The position numbers and the translations under genes were made by a program. Shown one piece after another: positions 52,461-64,000 of a DNA stretch of 64,000 nt; the first letter of the stretch is position 1, and the number at the start of each line of letters is the position of its first letter. Source of the stretch: Malacoraja senta (Eukaryota); NCBI GenBank assembly GCA_038087875.1, contig CM075990.1, positions 9,798,001-9,862,000 on the forward strand, given 5' to 3'. The notes beneath the pieces were generated by a model. That model ran no database searches, was not told the origin of the DNA, and was given only the letters and a program-made list of their open reading frames with translations.

Positions 52461-54749
52461 TAAAGGTATCTGATATAACGTCTGTAAGATAGCCTATGCA
52501 CGCCTTTTCAATATAATCGCACTTAAGTTTTGCATTTATGTTTTGCTATTCAAGCGCGTGACTCCACTTGGGCAAAAAATGCAAAATGTTTATAAGTAAT
52601 CTGTTAATTTCCATTCAATAATCTATATCATACAAATTGTATTGTCACTAACCATTCCAATGAAATAAAGAAAAAATATTTTTACTGTCTTATTATTTTT
52701 CCACCTGTAGCTATATACTGTTTTACAATTTTGAATAGGAATTTGAGGGGGTAAAGCAAGTTCACTTCATTTATTCAATATCAGTTTTCTGACAAACTAG
52801 TCTCTGGAATGTCCTTGACTGTATCTGGAAGCACAGTACTTTGTGTTCTTAATTTTGATGCTATGATAATAATTGTTACTTAGCTTCATAAAGTTTATAG
52901 AACTATGCCAACAAAATCTTAACACCAGTTAGTAAGGTAAAATTCTCCTCGTTCAAGAAGGCCGTTTCATTTATATTTTGAAGTTCTGACTTATTTGAGT
53001 CAGGAACTTGACAACGTTTCAGAAATAGCTTGTGTTCATTTGCCATTGAACATTTTGTTTCAATTCACGACTCGTTCAGGAAAATGTTCTGTAGTCTTGT
53101 GTTATTTGTATTAAATTTGTATTGCAAGATATTTAATTTATATGTGAATGTTTGTTGGTAGGAGGGACAAAACGGTTGTTTTGTTATTAGTATTTTCCTG
53201 TAAATTAATGAAGATGGTAAGCTGGAACAAATGTTCGAATTGGTGAATGCCATAGATGGCACCAGTATTGAACTCAAAAGTTGGCGTAAAATAGGGACGT
53301 ACAACACGAAAGCAGGTCCTGCGTCCCACTCCTCAGTGCCGAGCAGGTTTTGTAACTGAGCTGTATGTGCCAATGATATCTGAATAACCAATACAGTAGG
53401 TAGAAATTCAATTAATCGTAATTATTTGATTTTTAATTTTTCAGTGGCTTTCAACAATCCATATTTTCAAAAGTGTCATGATTTCTTTGAGCTGCAAATG
53501 TGAAGTGCAGCTTAAATCTTATTTCTGTAAGCATTTGCTGTGAAAAGATATTTTTGTGCTACAATATCTTCTGAAACTCTCGGCTTTACGATGTTCTCCT
53601 ATCATTTTTCTTTCTTTTCTGTTGAGAAATACTACCAGGCAAATTAAGTGTATTTTACATGATGTGAGTGAATGTTAATGGTTGGATTCAAAGCTGTTCT
53701 CTAGTCAGTACTTGAATCTCAATTGTTTTGAAATGCAATCCGATAAAACCGGAAAGACACAAAGTGCTGGAGTAACTCAGCGGGTCAGGCAGCATCTCTG
53801 GAGAACATGGGGAGACAAATTTTCAGGTGGGGATGTGCCTGACTCACTAAGTTAATCCAGCACTTTGTATCTTTCTTCATAAACCAGCATCTGGAGTTTC
53901 TTGTCTCTCCATATTCAGCTTGACTAGGCTTTCCTGACTCATTGTTCTGTGTGCCAACTTTATGGGAGTAGCACCAGGAATTATCACATAACTAATGGCA
54001 GTTTCAAGGCCTGGCCAATTTTTTTCATTAAAATGTGAAGAATTATAACCATGAACAGAATGAGTTGATATCCTTTGAGTCACCTGATTAATTCTATTGA
54101 TTTTGGCAACAAATACTTGCACATAGGTGTGGCACACACAAAGTAAGCACCATAGAATTGCGCAAATAATTGAGGCTTTGCTCAATTATAGAAGGTCATG
54201 ATCAACATTGCGAAACCTCAACCCATGCTCTTTAAGTTTGCGTCACCTGATGCTCACAAATAAATGACATAATTTCAACCACTAATTTGTGTATCAGCCA
54301 TTGTTTTGCTGTGATATTTAACAGGGACCTTTGCCAGTTGATCTGAATCGTAGCTTCCGGTTAAAGATATGAAATCCGGTCTTGTAATCTGTTCTGTTTA
54401 GTTGTTTCAGGTTTTAAAACTGGTGCTAGCCGTTTGGATCAAAGTTTCCGTTTAAGCATGATCAGAATGTGCAAAATATAGATGTAATTTTGCTTCAGAT
54501 TTCAATAGGAGAAATTAGACCGCAAATAAAAACAAGTAGCAGTGACTCTGAAGACAGATGCAAGGGTATGATTGAGCTGGAGAGAGGGCAGAGGAGACTC
54601 ACCAGGGTCAAAAACAGCATTTTCTGCTGAAAATGCTTGATAAACTCAGCAGGTCAAGCCAGTACTTGGCCCATAGCCTCCTGTGCCTTGGTGAATCAAG
54701 TACTCGTCTAAAGAAATAATTTAAATACATTATTTATGAGATTAAATCC

Positions 54750-56322
54750 AGTTTACCCAGCGGCCTTGACCCACTGCAGTTCGCCTATCGCCACAACATG
54801 TCCACGGACGATGCCACCGCACTAGCCTTATACTCATCCCTGGAACACTTGGATGAGAGAGACACTTACAGTACGTCAGACTCCTATTCATAGACTACAG
54901 CTCTACCTTGAACACCATTATACCATCCAAACTTATCACCAAATTTGCGGGACTTGGTGTCAGCACTCATTTCTGCAACTGGATCCTCGGCGTCCTGACC
55001 AACAGACCCCAATCAGTGAGGTTAGGGGATAAATCCCCCTCTACGATAATCCTCAACACCGTTGCTCCGCAAGGTTGCGTTCTCAGCCTCCTCTTTACTC
55101 CTTGTACACCCACAACTGTACAGCCATGTACAAATCTAATTCAATTTTCAAATTCGCAGATGACACCACCATTGTGGGCCGAATATCAAATAAAGATGAG
55201 GTAGAATACAGGAAGGAGATCGAGAACCTCGTGTCCTGGTGCCGAGACAACAACCTTTCTCTCAATGTCAGCAAAACAAAGGAGATGATGATCGACCGCC
55301 CCGACGCAGGAGTTTCGATCGCCCCAAGCGGGAGCTTCCACCGCCAGCTGCAGGAGCTTTGAGCTCCCCGACGGATGGTTCGACTGCCCCACCGTGGGAG
55401 AAATAAAGAGGAAGAAGATTGAACTGTTTTGCCTTTCATCATAGTGAGGAATCCACTGTGATGGATGTTTATGTTAACTTTTATGTATGTGTGTCTTGTT
55501 GCTTTTTTTTGTATGGCTGTATGGTAATTCGCATATCACTGTACATTAATTGGTACATGTGACAATAAAAGACCTTTGAAACCTTTGAAACCTTTTGACT
55601 TCAGGAACCCCAGTTTGCATTGACAGCGCCTAAGTAGAGATGGTTGAAAACTTCAAATTCCCAGGAGTCCATATCACCAACAACTTCTCCTGGACCACCC
55701 GTATTAAAGCAACCACCAAGAAAGCATACCAATGCCTCTACTTCCTTCAAAGGCTTAGGAAGTTCAGCATGTCCTCTACAACTCTCACCAACTTCTACAG
55801 GTGCACCATAGAAAACATTTTATCAGGATCAGCTTGGTTTCAGAACAGCCCCATCCAAAACTGCAAGAATTTGCAGTGAATTGTGGATGCAGCCTCGACC
55901 ATCACACAAGCCAACCACCTTTCCTTTGACTCCATTTATACCTCACGCTGCCTCAGCAAGGCCAGCAGTATAATCAAGGAGGAGTTGCACCCTGGCCACT
56001 CCCTCTTCTACCCTCTCCCATCAGGCAAAATATATAGGTGTGAAAGTGCACATCTCCAGATTCAGGGATGGTTTCTTCCCAGTTATTATCTGGCAACTGA
56101 ATCATCCTATCACAACCAGAAAGCAGTCCTGAACTACTATCTACCTCATTGCTGACCCTCGGACTTTACCTTGCACTAAATATTATTCCCTTATCATGTA
56201 TCTATCTATACATTGTAAATGGCTCGATTGTAATCATGTATTGTCTTTCCACTGACTAGATAGCAAGCAACAAAACCTTTTCAATGTACCCCGGTACACG
56301 TGACAATAAACTAAACTAAACT
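54750..56322 (+). mobile_element. Rex1-like LINE 3' half, frameshifted, with a nested insertion at ~55297-55595
   Basis: [24 protein letters not shown] and KFADDTT motifs, and a (ctaaa)n tail. Confidence 0.88.
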
Positions 56323-56805
56323 AGATTATCTTCACAGCTTTGCAGATGAAATCTGCTGGTACTGGCTTCGCTCGGTTGAAAATTTGTGCAGCATAAACTT
56401 TTCCACATTGTAATGAAAATAAGTATATCAAACATATTCTAAGGAACAGATATCTTCTTTGTATTGCATCAGAGTTGCTGCTGTTTCTACATGTTGAAAG
56501 CTCTGAAGTGGCATTTGAAGCAATGATCATTTAATCGGGTGTTACCTGCAGAGCCACAGCCGGTTATGATAATTGACCTAAATTAAGCATAATTGAAAAT
56601 GACGGGGCCTTTAAGCTTTGTTCATGGTAATCAGTGGAAGTAATTTGATTGTTGGATGGTAACTTAGGGAGGTGAGATTTTTCTATTGAAAAACATGAAC
56701 ATCTTCCAATGTCCAGCAAAATCTTGAACTGATCTGCAATACGAGAAAATTAGAGTTCAAAGTTAATAGCCAAGTATGTACTGCATGCAATATTACCAGA
56801 ATATT

Positions 56806-57045
56806 GTGTAGGAAGGAACTGCAGATGCTGGTTTAAACTGAAGATAGACACAAAAAGCTGAGGTTATTCAGCGGGTCAGACAGCATCTCTGGAGAAAAGG
56901 AGTAGGTGACGTTTCAGGTCGAGACCATTCTTCTTCAGATAATTCTGGTAATTCTTCAGAAGAAGGGTCTGGACCCGAAACATAATCTATTCCTTTTCTT
57001 CAGAGATGCTGTCTGACCTGCTGAGTTACTCCAGCTTTTTCTGTC
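56806..57045. mobile_element. Palindromic hammerhead-type Penelope-derived insert
   Basis: Two inverted copies. 15-bp TSD tattaccagaatatt at 56791-56805 and 57046-57060. Confidence 0.85.
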
Positions 57046-57726
57046 TATTACCAGAATATTACTGGGGCTAAAAGCGTTAAATTCTGTGGACAGATTCTAT
57101 GGACTAGTTTTATGTACAAATGAATGTAGATCTAATTGAGGAATGTAAGATGATTAAAGGATTTGATAGAGTGGGCAGATGGATCAGTGACATGGATTAG
57201 TGTTGAGGGCTAGTGGGTTTTTCTCTGCTGTTGGTTCTCTCGCCATTCTCTCACCATTTCTTAGTGGGTTGTTGGACTGAAGGTAGTTATAATTAAAGAG
57301 ACATGAAGCTATAACAGGATGTAAACACTGGGATGAAACTTCTGAAGTTGAATTTTGGATAAATCAATGCAAGTCAGCAAGCATATTGCAGATTCTAAGG
57401 ACTTAAGATGGACTTTAGCTGAAGGTTAAAAGAGCCAACAGAAAATTGGAATGACTGGGTCTGGTGATGGACAAGGGTGTATATGAAGGTTTTTCATTGA
57501 AAGTGGATAGTGGGAGTAAGGAAGATAATGGAGTATTATACTTCCAGTTTGCTTTGATTCATTCTGAAATGTTGGAGGGGCAGGCTGTAGAATTGTTGAT
57601 ATTCATTTTTCCTTATGAAATAGAAGAGACAATGATTTTGGACAAATAACAAAGATTACAAAACTTATGTTCCACCAAAATTGTTTTAAGTATTTGAATT
57701 CATTCTTTTGAAATGACTATGAACCT

Positions 57727-59000
57727 ATCGACAAAAACCTGGACCCACTGCAGTTCGCTTACCGTCACAACAGATCAACGGTGGATGCGATCTCGCTGGC
57801 CCTCCACTCCGCTCTGGACCACTTGGACAACAAAAACTCATATGTCAGGCTGTTATTCATCGATTACAGCTCGGCATTTAATACAATCATCCCCTCCAAG
57901 CTGGTTACCAAACTCGCAGAACTGAGTCTCTGCACATCCCTCTGCAATTGGATCCTCGACTTCCTCATTCACAGACCACAGTCTGTTCGTATTGGTGGAA
58001 ATGTGTCAGCCTCAATAACAATCAGCACGGGAGCACCTCAAGGCTGCGTGCTCAGCCCCCTGCTGTACTCACTCTATACTCATGATTGCGTAGCCGGACA
58101 TAGTGCGAACTCCATCATCAAGTTCGCTGACGACACCACTGTCGTGGGACGTATCACTGATGGGGATGAGTCAGAGTATAGAAGAGAGATCGAGCAACTG
58201 TCCATATGGTGCCAGCACAATAACCTGGCCCTCAACACCAGCAAAACCAAGGAACTGATTGTGGACTTTGGAAGGAGTAGGATGGGGACCCACAGTCCCG
58301 TTTATATCAACGGGTCGATGGTTGAAAGGGTCAAGAGCTTCAAATTCCTGGGCGTGCACATCTCTGAAGATCTTTCCTGGTCCGAGAACACTGATGCCAT
58401 TATTAAGAAAGCACATCAGCGCCTCTACTTCCTGAGACGATTACGGAGAGTCAGTTTGTCAAGGAGGACTCTCTCTAACTTCTACAGGTGCACAGTAGAG
58501 AGCATGCTGACCGGTTGCATCGTGGCTTGGTTCGGCAACTTGAGCGCCCTGGAGAGGAAAAGACTACAAAAAGTAGTAAACACTGCCCAGTCCATCATCG
58601 GCTCTGACCTCCCTTCCATCGAGGGGATCTATCACAGTCGCTGCCTCAAAAAGGCTGGCAGTATCATCAAGGACCCACACCATCCTGGCCACACACTCAT
58701 CTCCCTACTACCTTCAGGTAGAAGGTACAGGAGCCTGAAGACTGTAACGACCAGGTTCAGGAATAGCTACTTCCCCACAGCCATCAGGCTATTAAACCTG
58801 GCTCGGACAAAACACTGAACTTTATTAGCCAATTAACTGTTATTTGCACTTTACCAGTATATTGATTCATGTGTGTATATATTTATAGAATGCCTTGTAG
58901 TCAATGCCTACTATGTTCTGTTGTGCTGAAGCAAAGCAAGAATTTCATTGTCCTATCAGGGACACATGACAATAAACTCACTTGACTTGACTTGACTTGA
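57727..59000 (+). mobile_element. Rex1/Babar LINE, 5'-truncated, with an uninterrupted RT frame to 58818
   Basis: [30 protein letters not shown] and KFADDTT motifs, and a (cttga)4 tail. Confidence 0.92.
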
Positions 59001-59359
59001 AGCTGCCAGCTTTTCATTAAAATATTTTTTAAGGGAAGCACTCCTACCATTCATATTATGGGTGGGTCAATAAGTGACTCGGGTCCTGCAGAAACTTGGT
59101 TGACTCTTTGCTGCATTCTGAAATAATTCAACAGTATATTTGGTTGTATCAGATTAACTCGGAATGGATAATCTATACCCGCCTCAATAATGTTGCCCAT
59201 ACTCTACTGCTTTTGCAGAGCCAACATAAAAATGTGAAACATTGGCCACAGTGGTCAAAGAAGGTCATATCATTAGTTCTTCTAGGATTGTTCTTAACAA
59301 AATAAAATACATTTAATTTCATAAATATTTCCGATCGTACTGGTCAGAGATGGAAAAAA

Positions 59360-60076
59360 AAAGAATACTTTGATCTTGGGTTTGTGTGTGTGTTTATAAT
59401 CACATCTGCTCTAACGGTAAAATCTTTACATATTCCTGTAGAGTTATATCCCATGGATTCAGAAATCGGCTTAGCTGAAAATGTTGTGCTTTATTTCTTG
59501 AGTTATTAATAAAAATGTTGCCTCTTTCACCTGCCCCCCACCGGGCCTCTCTTCCACCCCCCTCCTCTTCCCCCACCTCTGCTCCCTCCTCCCCCCCTCC
59601 CTCCTCCCCCCTCCTGCTCTCTGCCCCCTCCTCTCTCTGTCCCCTCCTCTCTCTGCCCCCTCCTCTCTCTGCCCCCTCCTCTCTCTGCCCCCTCCTCTCT
59701 CCCCTCCTCTCTCTCTCCCTTCCTCTCTCTCCCCCCTCCTCTCTCCCCCTTCCTCTCTTCCCCTCCTCTCTCCCCCCTCCTCTCTCCCCCCCCTCTCTCT
59801 ACCCCCTCCTCTCTCTCCCCCCCCTCTCTCTCTCTCCCCTCCTCTCTCTCCCCCTCTCCTCTCTCTCCCCCCCTCCTCTCTCTCCCCCCTCCTCTCTCTC
59901 CCCCCTCCTCTCTCTCCCCCCTCCCCTCTCTTCCTCCCCTACTCTCTCCCTCCCTCCTCTCTCTCCCCGCCTCTCCCTCCACAGCCTTTCTCTTCCTCCC
60001 CCGGCATCCCTCTTCCCTCCCCCCCCCCCCCCCGCACGTTGAGGGGACGGGACACAACGGGTTCCTCTTGGTCTAG
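59360..60076 (+). mobile_element. Second non-autonomous Helitron, with an internal CT-rich tract (59525-60035)
   Basis: 3' end gggacacaacgggttcc...gtCTAG|T matches that at 51761-51786. tttgatcttg near 59367 resembles the first copy's 5' region. The 5' boundary is uncertain. Confidence 0.65.
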
Positions 60077-60769
60077 TGTTTTTCTAAATGTTGCCTAATT
60101 TCCCAGTATTTTAAGACTGGAATCTGCAGCAGTATTGTGAGAGAGGAGTAGGTAACCATCCAGAGCAAGAGGTGTGGTTTTGAGGTGGGAGAGAGGGTTA
60201 CTTTACAAATAGTTAACGTGTTCAGAGTGTGAATCTTTGGAATTCTTTACCACCGACTACAATGGGTACGCAACCATTAAGGCTATTCATGACTGACTTA
60301 ACAGATCATTATTCACCAAAGAAAAACTGGACACGGTTAAGGATCACTTCTTGTTTTTGACTAATCTCAAGGTTGTATGCTCAAAGTCAGTCATAAATTA
60401 TAGGAGTGGAATTAAGTCTACTCCGCCATTCAATCATTGGCCCATCAAGTCTACTCCGCCATTCAATCATGGCTAATTTTTCTCTCCCTCCTAATCCCAT
60501 TTTCCTGCCTTCTCCCCATAATCTCTGACACCTGTTCCTGCTCCTGCTCCTATTTTTCTGTTTTTCAATGGGATGAATGTGTGAACAAAATCATTGAAGA
60601 TGGTGATAATGTTAAAATAAAACAGAAAATGTAAGAAACACTCAACAGGTATATCCAATCTCAAATTAGTGTTATTTTCAAGACAGACCAGTGCACAGTG
60701 TAAAATTATTTTTTCTATGTGCCAAAAAAAATGTGACGGTGGAAATCATAGACTGTTTCATTTCTTTAG

Positions 60770-60904
60770 GGAATCTTCACTCAGTTTCAATACAGCAAAG
60801 AAAAGGTACTGCCATCTGATGCCTTGAGGAGTGCTCTTGCCAAAACCTTTCAAGATGAACAACGCTTTCAGATGGGGATCATGGATGATGCTGCAGAATG
60901 TTTT
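60770..60904 (+). CDS. USP54: USP54 coding exon 3 ([45 protein letters not shown])
   Basis: Acceptor tttctttag|, 135 nt in frame, donor TTT|GTGAGT. Carries the MDDAAECF motif of USP53/54. The gene continues beyond the window. Confidence 0.96.
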
Positions 60905-61442
60905 GTGAGTTAAATGACAACCACTTGGTTCACTTGACTGTTTGATAATGCTTTTTGAAAAAAGGTACTAATTGATTTTGGAAGTATATATGCAGTGGGG
61001 GGAAATCCAGATTATTGCATTGGGATGACCTTGAGGCTGCAGATCCCCAGAACAACCTAACTCCGAAAAGGGTCAGCCTGAAATGTCATCAGGAATAACA
61101 GGGGATGCCAGATATTGTACTTAAAGTAATCTAGTGGAGCTATCATTCGAAAGGCTTGAGAGCCATTTCAAAATCTTGCTCCTTTCCTTGGTCCATTAAT
61201 TTCTTCAGCACATTTGATTGTCATACTTGTTTTAGATCAAAGCACTTAATGGAGTAAAGTCACTGTGTGTAACTTGGATGGATGGCTGACCATACTATTC
61301 ACATAATACTTGTGAGTTTTAGTTGAAAGAACATAGTTTTTTAACCAGTTCACTGGTTCGTTTAAAATTTATTTTTTTCCTCTTGCAGAACCAATTCTGC
61401 ATTAAAACTATGTATGGTATTAGAAACTTCTAATTTAACCCA

Positions 61443-64000
61443 CAAATTTAACCCACAAATTTTGAACGAAAGATCATGCCAGGAATATCTTATTAAACAG
61501 CCAGGAATATCTTATTAAACAGATTCAAATATTTTTTGAGGTAAATGACAACCCTGACACACCTACTTCTCTTATGTGGGAAACGTTTAAAGCGTTTGTT
61601 CGAGGTGCATTAATTTCTGCCCAAGTATTTTATAATAAAGAGAACAGGATTAAACAACAAACATTGGAAAGGGAAATCAAGCAACTAGATATAGAAAATG
61701 CGAGAATGCCATCTATATTAAAACATAATAAAATTGCTGTGTTGAAATATAAATTAAACAAAATGTATTCAGAACAAGTAATAAAACTTTATCAAAAAAC
61801 CAAACAATTACATTTTGAGTTTGGAGACAAACCACAAAAACTATTAGCACGTCAGTTACGAAAAATGGAAGGGGAAAAAATAATTCATAAAATTAGAACA
61901 GAGACAGGAGAATTATCAAAAATGCCCAAGGATATAAACGAGAGATTTCTCCAATACTATCATAATCTTTATTCAACTAAAACTGTAGTACAACCAGAAG
62001 GAATAGCAGATTTTTTACTAAAATGTAATTTAAAAGGTTTAGACTCAAACGATAGAGAATTATTAGAAGGGGAGATTACGATAAAGGATATTGAAGAGTC
62101 TATTGGCTCTTTAAAAAATGGTAAAGCAGTAGGACCAGATGGTTTAGGCTCTGAATTCTATAAAATATTTTATTACTTGCTCTCCCCACGTTTACAAAGG
62201 CTGTATGAGCATATCTATACTCAACAGAAACTTCCAGATACTTTAAATGAATCTATAATAACACTTATTCCTAAAGTTGATAAAGATCCGGAAGATCCGG
62301 GATCATATAGAGCAATTGCACTTTTAAATACAGATCAGAAAATATTAACTAAAATACTAGCGCATAGATTAAGTACAGTGATGAATAAATTAATACACCC
62401 TGACCAAACAGGCTTTATTCAGAAACGGTACTCATATTATAATCTAAGAAGATTATTTAATATTATATATTCTAAGAGAATTATTAATGAAGATCTAGCA
62501 ATAATCTCACTTGACGCTGAAAAAGCTTTTGATCAGGTTGAATGGTCCTATTTATTTTCGGTGATGGAAAATATGCAACTAGGGGAGAAATTCTGCACAT
62601 GGATAAAACTGTTATATACAAACCCTACGGCTAGAATATTAACAAACCAAAGGTTGTCATCTAAATTCAGCCTATCTAGAGGTTGTAGACAAGGATGCCC
62701 GTTATCTCCATTATTATTTGCGCATGCTATTGAGCCACTCGCAGAAAGAGTTAGGGGTCATCCGGAAATACATGGGTATAACACAAAGGATACAGTGAAT
62801 AAAATTTCTCTATACGCAGATGATGTACTAATTTACATTACTAAACCAGAAATTAGTATTCCAAACTTATTAAAGTTAATAACCCAATTTGGTTCACTCT
62901 CAGGATACAGAATAAATTGGAATAAAAGTGAAATTATGCCAATAAGGGAACACAACAAACAGATAATACAACAATTTCCATTTAAAATAGTAAACGAAAA
63001 ATTCAAATACCTAGGCATTTACGTAACTAAGATATATACATCATTATTTAAAGCAAATTTCCCCCCATTACTGAACAAACTACATAAGAATATTCAATAT
63101 TGGAAAACACTTCCTATCTCAATGGTTGGCAAAATTAATGCCATAAAAATGATTTTTTTACCGCAAATATACCCTTTTCAGACAATTCCGATATATTTGT
63201 CAAAAAACTTTAAAAAAAAATTGGATTCCATTGTTAATGATTTTATCTGGGATTATAAGAATCATAGGATAAACAAAAGACATTTGTGTAAATCAAAAAT
63301 AAATGGAGGCTTGGTTTTACCAAACTTTCTGTTTTATTTTTGGGCAGTTAATATTAAAAATATGAATTTCTGGTTGGAAGAAATAGATCAACAACCAGAT
63401 TGGTTAAAAATGGAAAAGGAAGATTGTTTACCTTTTGATATCGGCTCGATATTATTTGCTACGTCTAAATTAAACAAAAAAAATTATATGGAAAACCCTT
63501 TAATATTTAGTGCTATACAAATTTGGAAACAATTAAAAAAGACATTAAAATTAGATAACTTATCACTTTTTCTTCCAATTGTGAATAACCCTTTGTTTAA
63601 GCCCTCATGGTTGGACAGGGGTTTTACACAATGGAAGAATTATGGAATTAAAAATATGGGACAACTTTACAAGGAAGGCACTTTTCTTACATTTCAGGAG
63701 TTGCAACAGACTTATGGACTTCGAGGAAATGATTTTTTCAGATATCTTCAACTCAGAGATTATGTAAAATCGAATACTCAAAATTTTTGAATTAGAAATT
63801 CAGAAATTCTTGATGAATGTTGGAATAAACATCCTAATACAGAAAAATTAATATCTTATATATATAATATTTTATTAGACAGTGACATTCCATCGACGGA
63901 CTTACACAGACAAACATGGGAAAAAGAATTAAATCAAATAATAACGAAAGATACTTGGGAAGAAAGTTTACAACACATACATCAATGTTCATTAAATGCC
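61443..64000 (+). mobile_element. L1-clade LINE ORF2, 5'-truncated, running off the window
   Basis: 738-aa ORF with GPDG, YRAIALLN, SLDAEKAFD, GCRQGCPLSP and YADD motifs. In-frame TGA at 63788-63790, after which the frame stays open. Confidence 0.93.

Noticed and set aside
59515..60057. 175-aa ORFs on both strands
   Set aside because: Translation of a CT/GA simple repeat.

Overview
Eukaryotic, repeat-rich vertebrate DNA, most likely a cartilaginous fish (skate or ray; inferred from HER1-type CR1 LINEs and HE1/V-SINEs). The window holds the 5' part of USP54 on the + strand: a CpG-island promoter and putative non-coding first exon (~2.2-2.4 kb), then three coding exons (36599-36742, 39308-39400, 60770-60904) encoding the Cys-box start of the USP domain. 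The introns are filled with mobile elements: a near full-length CR1 LINE, Penelope-like elements and many short hammerhead-bearing derivatives, Rex1, L1, Vingi, Hero, hAT, Tc1, a Harbinger-type MITE and two Helitrons. Four observations stand out. (1) A 188-bp non-autonomous Vingi-like element begins with an HDV-like ribozyme closely resembling the mammalian CPEB3 ribozyme. (2) A U_UUA_AAC slippery site followed by G-tracts sits exactly at the CR1 ORF1/ORF2 junction, with ORF2 in the -1 frame. (3) A Helitron carries a captured SAC3D1-like exon end with its splice donor. (4) Minimal hammerhead ribozyme inserts have long TSDs, some with inverted copies of their own target site. All family assignments are from recalled motifs, not database searches.
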